Positions 28,381 through 38,138 of a stretch of DNA of 64,000 nt are shown piece after piece (within the stretch, counting starts at the first letter, position 1; each line of letters starts with the position of its first letter). The translations under genes were made by a program, and so were the position numbers. Source of the stretch: Candidatus Enterousia sp. (lineage in GTDB: Bacteria; Pseudomonadota; Alphaproteobacteria; Rs-D84); assembly GCA_045646605.1 (NCBI GenBank), contig JAZRLA010000015.1, positions 137,054 to 201,053 of the forward strand, given 5' to 3'. The notes under the pieces are model-generated. The model worked only from the letters and a program-made list of their open reading frames with translations, ran no database searches and was not told the DNA's origin.

Positions 28381-29328
28381 ATGAGAAGTAGGATTTTATC
28401 TTTTTTTGCCGTTTTATGCGGTTTATCTGCGGGTTCGGCGTTTGCCAATTGGCAATATGCGGGCGGTTCGCTTTATGATACGGGGTACGGTGATAACGGT
28501 TCGCGCGTAACGGTATCGTTCCGTGGCGGGGCGTCGCTTGCTTTTTCCAAGATAAAAAATGATGTTGGGTCCGTTGTCTATTCCTATTGCGTTGACCCTG
28601 TGACCGGCGACATTTATCCGACCGATTCAGATGGCGGGTGCCCCAGCGGTGATGCTTTTGCCGGGACCGGATCCCTTGGGTCATTAGGCGCCGAAAACAT
28701 GCACGAAATTGGTTTTTCGGCGGGTGCAAGTATTGGATGGGTTTTACCCCAAACACCACAATGGCGAATTGAACTGGGGTGGGATCATTTTAGCAAAGTT
28801 GATTACAATAAATCACCATTATTTTCCGGCAATATGCCACTTTCCGAAGGCTATTCTGTGCACATAGATAGCGGCAGTGTTCAATCCACAATGTCAACGG
28901 ATATCATAAGTGTAATGGCGTATTACGATTTCTTTGATGGGTTGCAAAAACCGATTCGAAAAGCAATACCGTATATTGGTCTTGGGTTTGGTTATGCCGA
29001 TACCCAAACGGTGATGAACCTTGCAGATCCCTGGGGTGACTTGTCCGGTGTCGAAGATTTGACCAATTTTGGAACGGTAAATTCGAATGGTGTTTTACAG
29101 TTTTATCGTTCAACCACAAATACAACAAATGTTGCGGGGATTGTGGCACTTGGCTTTTCGTTCGGCATAGATGAAAACTTGTTTGTTGACTTTGGTGCGC
29201 GCGCGGCGTATTTGCCACGTGTAAAGTATGCGCTTGTGAATTCTGATGATACGCGTCATTTGGATTGGTTCAGTGCGAAAAATCTGATATACGCGAATGT
29301 TATGCTTGGTCTGCGCATTGAATTTTAG
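28381..29328 (+). CDS. outer-membrane beta-barrel protein
   Basis: Signal peptide, alternating amphipathic strands, C-terminal '...LGLRIEF'. Confidence 0.55.
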   Translation: MRSRILSFFAVLCGLSAGSAFANWQYAGGSLYDTGYGDNGSRVTVSFRGGASLAFSKIKNDVGSVVYSYCVDPVTGDIYPTDSDGGCPSGDAFAGTGSLGSLGAENMHEIGFSAGASIGWVLPQTPQWRIELGWDHFSKVDYNKSPLFSGNMPLSEGYSVHIDSGSVQSTMSTDIISVMAYYDFFDGLQKPIRKAIPYIGLGFGYADTQTVMNLADPWGDLSGVEDLTNFGTVNSNGVLQFYRSTTNTTNVAGIVALGFSFGIDENLFVDFGARAAYLPRVKYALVNSDDTRHLDWFSAKNLIYANVMLGLRIEF

Positions 29329-30851
29329 TTTTTAAGTTTTACACCGTATTTACCACGATTGATCGGACGGTACGAAATCGCTTCGGCCAAATCATCCATC
29401 GTAATATCATCGCCCCCGCGCAGGTCGGCAATCGTTCGCGCAATTCGCTTTATACGATTATATCCGCGCGCCGACATTCCCATCTTTTCCGCCGCATTAT
29501 TTAGGAATGTTGTAAGTTCATCGCTTAAAACAATATATTTTTCCAAATCCGCCCCGTCCAGCAACGCGTTCACATACCCTTGGCGGGCGATTTGGCGGGC
29601 GCGTGCGGCAACAACGCGTGCGCGGATTGTCGCACTGCCTTCGGCCGGAATATTGCTTTTCATTTCCCACGGATTTACCGGGTCAACATCAACATGCAAA
29701 TCAATACGGTCAAGCAGTGGCCCCGAAATTTTATTCTGGTACGCTTCGGCACACCTGGGTGCGCGGGAACAGGACAGGGCGGCGTTGCCCAAATGTCCGC
29801 ACGGACATGGATTCATTGCGGCGATAAGTTGAAACCGTGCGGGATATGTCGCGTTGCGCTTTGCACGCGAAATCATAATTTTCCCCGATTCCATCGGTTG
29901 CCGCAAAATTTCCAGTGTTGCCCGATTAAATTCCGGCAATTCGTCCAAAAACAAAACGCCATTGTGTGCCAATGATATTTCGCCCGGTCGCGCATCCGAC
30001 CCGCCGCCGGCAAGTGAAACCGGACTTGAAGTATGATGTACACTGCGGAACGGGCGACGTGACATCAGGGTTTTATTATCCAACTTTCCCGCAATCGAAT
30101 AAATTATCGATGTTTCCAAAACTTCATCCGCGGTCATTTCCGGCATAATCGTGGCCAATCGTGATGCAAGCATTGTTTTCCCCGACCCCGGTGGCCCAAC
30201 CATCAACATTGCATGCCCGCCCGCCGCCGCAATTTCGATGGCGCGTTTTGCCGCCACCTGGCCATGCACTTCGGCCATATCGGCGGTCGTGTTTGCACTT
30301 TCCGTATGCGCCGCCGGCAAATCCGGCAACAACAGTGGATTTTTTCCATTAAAATGGTTGATAAGTTCCAAAACATGAAACGGCGCGAGGATATCCAAAT
30401 CGCCGGCCCATCGCGCTTCGGCCCCTTGGTCGCCGGGACATACTATACCAAATCCGTTTTTCTTGGCCCATACGGCCGCCGCCAAAACACCATTTGTCTT
30501 TGCAACCGTACCGTTCAGGCCGACTTCGCCAATAATAATATATTTTGATAATTTATCTTGGGGCAAAATGTCGAACGCGCAAAGTATTCCACACAATATC
30601 GGCAAATCAAAATGTGCGCCGCTTTTTTCGACATCCGCCGGCGAAAGGTTTACGGTCAACCGCTTTGGTGGTAATTGCAGGCCCAACGCCGAAAGAACAT
30701 TTACAATGCGTTCCGCAGATTCCTTGACCGCGCGGTCGGCAAGCCCGATAATTTTGAAATCAGGTTTCCCAAGGCCCGCGGAAATTTGCACCTGGACATC
30801 AATTTTTATCGCATCCATTCCGTTAAAGATAATAGAAGCCAAAGAAATCAT
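29325..30851 (-). CDS. comM: Mg-chelatase-like AAA+ ATPase YifB/ComM
   Basis: N-terminal Lon-like domain, 'MLMVGPPGSGKTMLA' Walker A, and the Cys cluster 'PCPCGHLGNAALSC'. Confidence 0.8.
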   Translation of the reverse strand: MISLASIIFNGMDAIKIDVQVQISAGLGKPDFKIIGLADRAVKESAERIVNVLSALGLQLPPKRLTVNLSPADVEKSGAHFDLPILCGILCAFDILPQDKLSKYIIIGEVGLNGTVAKTNGVLAAAVWAKKNGFGIVCPGDQGAEARWAGDLDILAPFHVLELINHFNGKNPLLLPDLPAAHTESANTTADMAEVHGQVAAKRAIEIAAAGGHAMLMVGPPGSGKTMLASRLATIMPEMTADEVLETSIIYSIAGKLDNKTLMSRRPFRSVHHTSSPVSLAGGGSDARPGEISLAHNGVLFLDELPEFNRATLEILRQPMESGKIMISRAKRNATYPARFQLIAAMNPCPCGHLGNAALSCSRAPRCAEAYQNKISGPLLDRIDLHVDVDPVNPWEMKSNIPAEGSATIRARVVAARARQIARQGYVNALLDGADLEKYIVLSDELTTFLNNAAEKMGMSARGYNRIKRIARTIADLRGGDDITMDDLAEAISYRPINRGKYGVKLKN

Positions 30852-30932
30852 GGTTTTTGTATTATATACTTGCCATAATTGAATTCAAGTCTTAAAATGC
30901 AAATCGCGAAATTGTCAAAGAAAGGAAAGAAG

Positions 30933-31811
30933 ATGATAAAAAAGCCCAAAAATCGCCTGCGTGAATGGTTTGATACACTGTTTTACGGAATCCTTATTGC
31001 CATTATATTCCGCAGCTTATTCCTTGAACCATTTAATATTCCATCGGGTTCAATGATACCCACGTTGCATATCGGTGACCATATTTTCATAACCAAATGG
31101 TCATACGGTTATTCGCGGTATTCGTTTCCGTTTGGTTCGTGGCACCTGTGGAACGGGCGCATATTCAAAACTATGCCAAAGGTTGGCGATGTTATCGTAT
31201 TCCGTAATCCAAAGAATGAATCACTGGATTATGTAAAGCGCCTAATTGGATTGCCGGGTGATACGATTCAGATGAAAGATGGGCGCCTGTATATAAACGG
31301 TGAAATGGTTGAACGCAAAGATCCGCGGCCCTATGTCGTCGCGGTTTTGCCACGTTCATTGCGCAGTACCGGTTATTACTATGAAAATATGCAGGTGCGT
31401 GGGAACAAGGTTTATGTTGACGGTGCGCCGGCGGACTTTAATTATACCATAGAATATCGTGCCGACCATATTTGCCGCACCACACCCGGCCTTTGTGGCA
31501 TTTTCCCGGCAACCGAATATACCGAGGTTTTACCGAATGGCATCGAACACAGCATAATTGAATACACTGATAATGGGCCGATGGATAACACGATGGAATT
31601 CTTGGTGCCGGCGGGTCAATTGTTCTTTATGGGTGATAACCGTGATAACAGCAACGACAGCCGTGCGGATGTTGGATTTGTTCCGGTTGAAAATATGCTT
31701 GGGCGCGTTTGGTTTGTGTGGTATTCACATAATTACGCGTCACCAATGGTTGCATTTTGGAATTGGAATGCTAAGATGCGCTGGAACAGATTTGGCAAAG
31801 GCATAAATTAA
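30933..31811 (+). CDS. lepB: signal peptidase I
   Basis: 'SGSMIPTL' catalytic Ser box. Start moved to the internal Met preceded by an AGGAAAG RBS. Confidence 0.8.
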   Translation: MIKKPKNRLREWFDTLFYGILIAIIFRSLFLEPFNIPSGSMIPTLHIGDHIFITKWSYGYSRYSFPFGSWHLWNGRIFKTMPKVGDVIVFRNPKNESLDYVKRLIGLPGDTIQMKDGRLYINGEMVERKDPRPYVVAVLPRSLRSTGYYYENMQVRGNKVYVDGAPADFNYTIEYRADHICRTTPGLCGIFPATEYTEVLPNGIEHSIIEYTDNGPMDNTMEFLVPAGQLFFMGDNRDNSNDSRADVGFVPVENMLGRVWFVWYSHNYASPMVAFWNWNAKMRWNRFGKGIN

Positions 31812-31812
31812 A

Positions 31813-32457
31813 ATGAAACTATATTACAAATTCAAAGATAAATCGCTTTTGGAACTTGCGCTGACGCAACGTGGCGTGAACAGTCATCATAACAATGAAC
31901 GCCTTGAATTCGTGGGCGACCGCGTCTTGGGGCTAAGTGTCGCCGCCATGCTTTACGCGATGTATCCAAACGAAAACGAAGGTGAACTTGCGCGGCGTTT
32001 TGCCTCCCTGGTATCGACGGAAACATTGGCGGATGTCGCGCGTTCGTTTGATTTACATAAAGAGGTTCGACACACTCATATGACCGCCGGCCGCACGCGA
32101 CACATGCTTGCCAATGCGATGGAGGCGGTAATCGGTGCGATATTCTTTGACGGCGGGTTTGACAATGCGCAACGCTTTGTATGCGGCATTTGGCACGATT
32201 TGGCCGCCGCGGAACTAAGACCGCCCAAGGATCCAAAAACCATGCTCCAAGAATTCGTGCAAAAACATGCGGACGGCGCATTGCCGGTCTATGCCGATGC
32301 GGAAAAGACCGGCGAAGATCACAGCCCCGTGTTCACCGTGACGGTCACCGCCATGGGCGAAAGTGCAAGTGGTGACGGCCCATCCAAAAAATCCGCCGGG
32401 TCCGCCGCCGCCGCCGCATTGTTGAAAATACTTGAAAGCAAGAAAATTGATGATTAA
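31813..32457 (+). CDS. rnc: ribonuclease III
   Basis: 'ERLEFVGDRVLG' RNase III signature and a C-terminal dsRBD. Confidence 0.8.
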   Translation: MKLYYKFKDKSLLELALTQRGVNSHHNNERLEFVGDRVLGLSVAAMLYAMYPNENEGELARRFASLVSTETLADVARSFDLHKEVRHTHMTAGRTRHMLANAMEAVIGAIFFDGGFDNAQRFVCGIWHDLAAAELRPPKDPKTMLQEFVQKHADGALPVYADAEKTGEDHSPVFTVTVTAMGESASGDGPSKKSAGSAAAAALLKILESKKIDD

Positions 32458-32484
32458 AATGTTGCAGAAATAAAAGGATAAAAA

Positions 32485-32856
32485 ATGTTTTCAATTTTAC
32501 TGGTATTACTGATAATCGTTGCGGTATTCATGACCGGAATTATTTTGTTACAAAAATCAGAGGGCAGTGGTATGTCCGGTTCGTCCGCGGCATCTATGTT
32601 CGGTGGCGCACTGACCGGTGCGGCGGCGGGAAATTTTCTGACAAAACTAACCACATGGCTTGCGATAATCTTTTTCGTGTTGTGCGCGGCGTTGGCGGTT
32701 GTGTCGTCCAAAACCGCGGGTAACGCGCAAAGCGAACTTCGCACGGAACTTGCGGCGGACGAATTGGCAAACGAACCAACACCCACACCCGATGCGACCG
32801 ATGGCGCGGCGCCCGCCGAACCGGTTCAAACAACCGACACACCGGCACAGAATTAA
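32485..32856 (+). CDS. secG: preprotein translocase subunit SecG
   Basis: 'LLVLLIIVAVFMTGIILLQKSEGSGM' is SecG-like. Ala/Pro/Thr-rich tail. Confidence 0.7.
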   Translation: MFSILLVLLIIVAVFMTGIILLQKSEGSGMSGSSAASMFGGALTGAAAGNFLTKLTTWLAIIFFVLCAALAVVSSKTAGNAQSELRTELAADELANEPTPTPDATDGAAPAEPVQTTDTPAQN

Positions 32857-32882
32857 AAAGTAAAAAGGTTAAAAAACAAAAA

Positions 32883-32914
32883 CCCCAAAGATTAAAACTT
32901 TGGGGCTTTTCGTT
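32883..32914. terminator. rho-independent terminator
   Basis: CCCCAAAG-ATTAAAA-CTTTGGGG followed by a T run. Confidence 0.6.
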
Positions 32915-33216
32915 TATCGTCTTTTTACATTATTACTGGTCAAAGATAGAAACAAATCGACTTTTGCGTTGTCCGCGTTTTCTTTTGACCCAAAAAATAC
33001 GCAGTATCGTTCAGTGGCAAATGGTAATTTGCATGCATAATAACAAAAGTTGACATAATCAAATAATTTTTTAGGTTCTGGACCGTAGACATAAGTCGGT
33101 TCGGGGGAAATTGAATAACGACCTGGCACCGGTTCACATCTATCACAACCGTTACATCTTGGGAAACATTCGTTCGCCATGTTAATTATTTCTTGTTCTG
33201 TGTATTGTTTCGACAT
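32914..33216 (-). CDS. hypothetical Cys-rich protein
   Basis: 'CFPRCNGCDRCEP' cluster. No known family assigned. Confidence 0.3.
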   Translation of the reverse strand: MSKQYTEQEIINMANECFPRCNGCDRCEPVPGRYSISPEPTYVYGPEPKKLFDYVNFCYYACKLPFATERYCVFFGSKENADNAKVDLFLSLTSNNVKRR

Positions 33217-33241
33217 AATATATTCCTTTTTTTGTATTGAT

Positions 33242-34240
33242 TTATCTTAACCCAAGCGCAAGTTTAGCGCGGTTCAGGGTTTCTGATGCAACTACGCGGG
33301 CTTTTCCTGCGCCATCATCAAGAATCTTGTTCAACACTTCCGGATTCTTGAACCGCTGATATTTTGTTTGAATGTTTCCAATTAAACCGCAAACCGCATC
33401 CGCAACTTCGCGCTTGAAATCGCCGTACCCATGACCCGCAAAACGTTTTTCTATTGCTTCAATGCTTTCGCCGGTTGTCGCGGCCAGTATGCTTATCAAA
33501 TTTGAAAGGCCGGGTTTCGCACTTTCATCAAACCGTATCACAGATTCATTGTCCGTGACCGCCGACATTATCTTTTTGCGAACCAATTTCAAATCGTCCA
33601 TCAGAAAGATTGTTCCCGGGTTTGGACCGTCCGATTTATTCATCTTTTCCGTTGGATTTTGCAGGTTCAATATCTTGTTCCCCACGGGCGCGATATAAAC
33701 ATCGGGTTCATTAAATGTATCGCCATATCGCTTGTTAAACCGTTGTGCCAAATCGCGGGTTAATTCCACATGCTGTTGCTGGTCCAATCCAACCGGAACC
33801 ACATCTGTATTATACAGCAATATATCGGCGGACATCAACGGCGGATACACAAACAGCCCCGTATCAATTCCGTTTTTGCCCACATTTTGCGATTTCAATT
33901 TGAACTGGGTCATACGCGACAATTCGCCCATATGCGTTTGAAACGTCATTATAAAGCCCATAATGCCGTGTTCCAAAACATCGCTTTGCCGAAAGACAAT
34001 TGTTTGTTCTGGGTCAACACCGCACGCCAAATACATGGCGATACAGTCATTGACCGCGATCTGCAATTCCGCCGGGTCGCGGGGCGATGTTATCGCATGC
34101 AAGTCCGCCACAAAAATATAACTTTTGTATTGGGCCTGGCGCGTCACAAAATTTTTTATGGCGCCCAAATAGTTCCCAAGTGTCAGGTTTCCACTGGGCC
34201 GCACACCGGTTAACATAACCTTTTGTTCATTGTTTTTCAT
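33242..34240 (-). CDS. trpS: tryptophan--tRNA ligase
   Basis: Class I HIGH-like 'TGVRPSGNLTLGNYLG' and 'KMNKS' (KMSKS) motifs. Confidence 0.85.
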   Translation of the reverse strand: MKNNEQKVMLTGVRPSGNLTLGNYLGAIKNFVTRQAQYKSYIFVADLHAITSPRDPAELQIAVNDCIAMYLACGVDPEQTIVFRQSDVLEHGIMGFIMTFQTHMGELSRMTQFKLKSQNVGKNGIDTGLFVYPPLMSADILLYNTDVVPVGLDQQQHVELTRDLAQRFNKRYGDTFNEPDVYIAPVGNKILNLQNPTEKMNKSDGPNPGTIFLMDDLKLVRKKIMSAVTDNESVIRFDESAKPGLSNLISILAATTGESIEAIEKRFAGHGYGDFKREVADAVCGLIGNIQTKYQRFKNPEVLNKILDDGAGKARVVASETLNRAKLALGLR

Positions 34241-34765
34241 AATAAAAATCCTTTGTTTATAATTAAACTAAATTGAGTTGAAAAAACATAATAGGTATAG
34301 AAAGTACTGGCTGTGACTACAGCCACCAAACGAAAGAACAAAATGCAACTTGCGTGTTCATACCGTGAATTATAATGTATTTTATTTGAAAAGTCAATGC
34401 ATAGACATGATTAGCGCACCCAGAAGGGTTTGCTCGCACGACACTGAGTGTCGGCTGCGCGCAACCCGTGACGATTTCGCTGCACTCCGTTTGCAAAATC
34501 TACTTGGTTTCGACCCCTTCGTTGCTTCGCAACTCTGTCGGGTTCGCATCCCTGTTGTTCCAACAGTAAAAATAAAAACATCGCGCAAGGCGATGTTTTC
34601 ATTTTTATCCTGGCGCACCCATTCATTCCCCTTGATAAACAATAAATAAAATTAAAAAATTTACTTGCATAAATTTTTAAAATTTTACTAATTGTTCATC
34701 TGCGTATTGTGTGCTGCGCCGATACAGGGCTCGCACACATCCTTCTGGGTGCATTGTCCCAAAAA

Positions 34766-34792
34766 TTAAAAACCGACCATAAACGGTCGGTT
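34766..34792. terminator. terminator hairpin downstream of tRNA-Arg
   Basis: AAAACCGACC-ATAAAC-GGTCGGTTTT. Confidence 0.6.
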
Positions 34793-34801
34793 TTGAATTT
34801 C

Positions 34802-34878
34802 TGGCGCACCCAGAAGGATTCGAACCCTCAGTCTTCTGATCCGTAGTCAGACGCTTTATCCAGTTGAGCTATGGGTGC
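34802..34878 (-). tRNA. tRNA-Arg (ACG)
   Basis: Reverse complement folds as a cloverleaf. Anticodon loop CTACGGA. CCA encoded. Confidence 0.9.
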
Positions 34879-34927
34879 AACGCGTATTATTTTATACCAA
34901 AATATCCCGATTGCAAGAAAAAAGATT

Positions 34928-35854
34928 TCACATCTCCTCCAACCGCCGGATTCTTTCCTTAATCGGTGGGTGGGTCGCCATAATTTCACCGAAAAACGCG
35001 CGCGCCCGTGTTGGGTTTGCGATGCATATTGCCGCCATTGTCTTGCGACCATCAAGGTTTTTAACAACCGAATGTTCCGAAATTTTGCGCAGCGCCGCCG
35101 CGAGTGCCCGCGGATTCCGCGTTATATACGCGCCCGTCGCGTCCGCCGCATATTCACGCCGCCGCGAAATCGCCATGCGTAAAATCGGCGTGACAACGAC
35201 ATTAAAAATCGTAAACGCCAACCAGACCATCATTATCACCGCCGCACCATTGCTTTTATCGTTATCGCGCGGACGTGCATACATCATATTCCGCGCCAAC
35301 ATATCCGCAATAAAGACCGTAACGCCAATGCCGGTTATGATAAACATATCAAGACGTATATCGCGGTTGCCAATGTGTGCCATTTCGTGGGCGATGACAC
35401 CTTCCAATTCCGGTCGGTCCAATTTTTCAATAATCCCACGCGTCAGCGCAACCGTCGCATCACGTGGCGCGCGGCCCGTTGCGAATGCGTTAAGGCCGGC
35501 GTCTTCGATAATATAAACGCGTGGTGTGGGCAACCCGGCGGCGATTGCGACATTTTCCACTGATTTGTAAACATAGCGATAATCTGGGTCGGTGTCGTTT
35601 ATCTGCTTTGCGCCCGCCACGGAAAGCATCATCGAATCCCCAAACGCCCACGATATCAGCATCCAAATGGCGCACACAACAACCGTCGGCACCGCCACCA
35701 TCGTCGTCGTATTTATCGCATCAACCGGCGGTTGCACACACCAAACACACAGAAACACAATTGCGATAAAAATAATTGGAAACATCATCACCAACACCGC
35801 GGTCTTTATATTATTCGCGCGTATATGGTCATAAACAGTTTTAACTTTTTTCAT
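34928..35854 (-). CDS. htpX: M48 zinc protease HtpX
   Basis: 'HEMAHIGNRD' HExxH motif and TM helices. Confidence 0.8.
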   Translation of the reverse strand: MKKVKTVYDHIRANNIKTAVLVMMFPIIFIAIVFLCVWCVQPPVDAINTTTMVAVPTVVVCAIWMLISWAFGDSMMLSVAGAKQINDTDPDYRYVYKSVENVAIAAGLPTPRVYIIEDAGLNAFATGRAPRDATVALTRGIIEKLDRPELEGVIAHEMAHIGNRDIRLDMFIITGIGVTVFIADMLARNMMYARPRDNDKSNGAAVIMMVWLAFTIFNVVVTPILRMAISRRREYAADATGAYITRNPRALAAALRKISEHSVVKNLDGRKTMAAICIANPTRARAFFGEIMATHPPIKERIRRLEEM

Positions 35855-35940
35855 ATCCTAATCATACCGAAATATATCGGCACAATTCAATAAAAATTTC
35901 ACTAACCACCAACCACTAAATATGATAAAATACATACATA

Positions 35941-36786
35941 ATGTGGCGGAAAATGGTTTTCGTTTTTGCAATGTTCACGCACACGGCAGTTTATGCCGGG
36001 TTCCTTGCACCAATGGAATTTCCAAAGACCGCGGCCGATTTGTCTTTTGTTGATCGCATGGCACTAAACGCCGCCGGATATGAACCATACGAAAGCGAAT
36101 ATGATGAAAACGGAAAATGCATTTCGGGGTGCGCGTATGTGTTGCCAAATATCGAAGAAGAAATCGCCGCAATGCAACGCCGTAATGCGATTGTTCGCCA
36201 AGAATTGGTAGACAATTACGGATACACCGAAACCGAAGACGGTGGTTTAATTCCACCGCCCGAATACGTGCCACCCGTTTCCGTCCCAGATGCCCCTGAA
36301 ACCCCATTCCCAGACGATACGCAAACCAAACTATGTGCCATTCAAAATCCAAAGTTTAAAAACACTAATGTGCCATCTGGGTCGCCACTTGGGTATATAA
36401 CATGTATAACATCAGATTACGGCGTGCAAAGAAAATTGTCTTGGAACAAAACTACGAAGATTCATTATGGCATTGATTTGGCCGCAAACACCGGAACGCC
36501 GATATACGCACCGGCAAACGGTGTTGTTGAAACAATTTTCAATATGAATAAAACCTGTGGCAACGGAATAATTATAAAGCATCCAAGTGGTTACACAACA
36601 CAATATTGCCATCTAAGTAAAGTGTCCGTATCGCGTGGTGAATCTATTTTATCGGGTTGCCTTATTGGTTATACAGGTAACACCGGCCTTTCAACCGGCC
36701 CGCACCTGCATTATGCGGTAAAGAAAGATGGTTATGCGGTTGACCCGAAAAACTTTATCGAACCCGGCCACAAAATGTGTCACTAG
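35941..36786 (+). CDS. M23 family metallopeptidase (LytM domain)
   Basis: 'HYGIDLAANTGTPIYAPANG' and 'GNTGLSTGPHLHYAV'. Confidence 0.7.
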   Translation: MWRKMVFVFAMFTHTAVYAGFLAPMEFPKTAADLSFVDRMALNAAGYEPYESEYDENGKCISGCAYVLPNIEEEIAAMQRRNAIVRQELVDNYGYTETEDGGLIPPPEYVPPVSVPDAPETPFPDDTQTKLCAIQNPKFKNTNVPSGSPLGYITCITSDYGVQRKLSWNKTTKIHYGIDLAANTGTPIYAPANGVVETIFNMNKTCGNGIIIKHPSGYTTQYCHLSKVSVSRGESILSGCLIGYTGNTGLSTGPHLHYAVKKDGYAVDPKNFIEPGHKMCH

Positions 36787-37060
36787 GGTAAATGTTACTA
36801 AATTCTATGGCAAGATTATCGTAACGTTGCGACAATTTCCAGAACGACGTCATACCGCCGAAGGGCGGTATCCAGTTTTTGCGAATGCAAAAACTTGCGT
36901 CGCAGACATTTATGTTTTTCATCGCAAAGCGATGAAAAATCCCTTGCGGGGCAAGTCATCGCTATCGCAATGCCTGGGCACCACGCTTCCGCGGTGTGAC
37001 GATTCACTGGAATTTTAGTAACCTGTTTCAATTGTGCATTAACAAAAATTTACAAATTAC

Positions 37061-37088
37061 TTGACATTGTATATTTTTGTATTATATT
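37061..37088 (+). promoter_or_regulatory. sigma70-like promoter
   Basis: TTGACA, 16-nt spacer, TATATT, upstream of the 37118 ORF. Confidence 0.4.
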
Positions 37089-37117
37089 TGTGTTGAACAA
37101 ATACAAAAGAGTTGTTT

Positions 37118-37717
37118 ATGAAAATTAAAACACCGGATTTTAACGAAATAGCGGTTAATGCGAAAAAAGCAAAAAGATGGGCTATTGTAGCGGTTGTTGT
37201 TGGTTTTTATGCGCTTATAGAAACCTTTGTTTGGTGGAATTGGCTTGAGCGTGCTAGTGCTTATTCCTATAAACCTAATAATTTTTATGACCGTTTTTTT
37301 GAAAGCATAAACGGATGGCCTCTTTCTACCATGTGTGAATTTTGTCTGTGTTTTATTGCGCTGCTCTGTTGGAATGATCGTCGCGATGATTCAAAAAACG
37401 TTATAGACAAGATAATAAAATCGCGTTTCCCCAATGTGGATTTCAAAGATATTGAGTGTGCAAAATTGATGGCGGAATACATTTTAGGCTTTATGACAAA
37501 TGATGAAAAATCAATGATAAAAAATGCACATAAAAGCACGAATTTTAATGACAACGGTTCGATAGATAAATTTGTCAAATGTGTTAACAAAACTGTTGAC
37601 GGCGCTCTTAAACGTGAATATGCGCGTAATTCCAAAATAAAAGAAGACTTGACAGCCATAGCCAAAGGTAAAACGTATATGTTTAGCAGTTGGAATTATT
37701 GTCATAGCGGTCGGTAA
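37118..37717 (+). CDS. hypothetical membrane protein
   Basis: Two TM helices. No recognisable motifs. Confidence 0.35.
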   Translation: MKIKTPDFNEIAVNAKKAKRWAIVAVVVGFYALIETFVWWNWLERASAYSYKPNNFYDRFFESINGWPLSTMCEFCLCFIALLCWNDRRDDSKNVIDKIIKSRFPNVDFKDIECAKLMAEYILGFMTNDEKSMIKNAHKSTNFNDNGSIDKFVKCVNKTVDGALKREYARNSKIKEDLTAIAKGKTYMFSSWNYCHSGR

Positions 37718-37763
37718 TACCCCTTAATCAAAATGGGCGCAAACGCGCCCTTTTTATAATGTA

Positions 37764-38135
37764 TCAATTGTTGGCTGAACTGCGAAATTTTACCGCGAAA
37801 CTGCCATTATTTATCGGTGTGCATGAAACAATGTACGGCGAAAGCAAACTTTCCCGTACCCATTCTTGGAATTTTATTTTTAATATTCCACTTGCGCCGG
37901 TGATAATCTTTGCGTCCTTTACGCCCGATAGCGCAAGTTCCATAATGGCATCCCAAGATTGTTCAATTGTTTTCATGTGCAAATCCAGTGTTGCGTGTTC
38001 GGGTACATGAACGGGCGCGGGTATTCGCGTTGAAAGGTGTAACTCGGTCCGCACCCGCCGCCGCACATCGGAATCGTCCGGCGAAAAATTCGCACCAATC
38101 ATTTCTGCAATATCTTGGTCAGTTAAGTTTCGCAT
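37764..38135 (-). CDS. Smr-domain protein
   Basis: 'LDLHMKTIEQSWDAI' with 'KIITGASGILK' matches the Smr/MutS2 C-terminal pattern. Confidence 0.45.
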   Translation of the reverse strand: MRNLTDQDIAEMIGANFSPDDSDVRRRVRTELHLSTRIPAPVHVPEHATLDLHMKTIEQSWDAIMELALSGVKDAKIITGASGILKIKFQEWVRESLLSPYIVSCTPINNGSFAVKFRSSANN

Positions 38136-38138
38136 ACA

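Noticed and set aside
34395-34625. Possible tmRNA (ssrA) or other tRNA-like ncRNA, suggested by T-arm-like GGGTTCGCATCCC and tRNA-end-like GGGTGCGCCA segments
   Set aside because: No reading frame ending in a canonical tag (..AA-stop) was found and no matching acceptor pairing could be built. The tRNA-like pieces are better explained as copies of the adjacent tRNA-Arg 3' end.
34350-34649. ORFs 34350-34649, 34394-34642 and 34411-34626 in the tRNA-Arg downstream region
   Set aside because: They overlap each other within a repeat- and hairpin-rich non-coding region. No coding signal.
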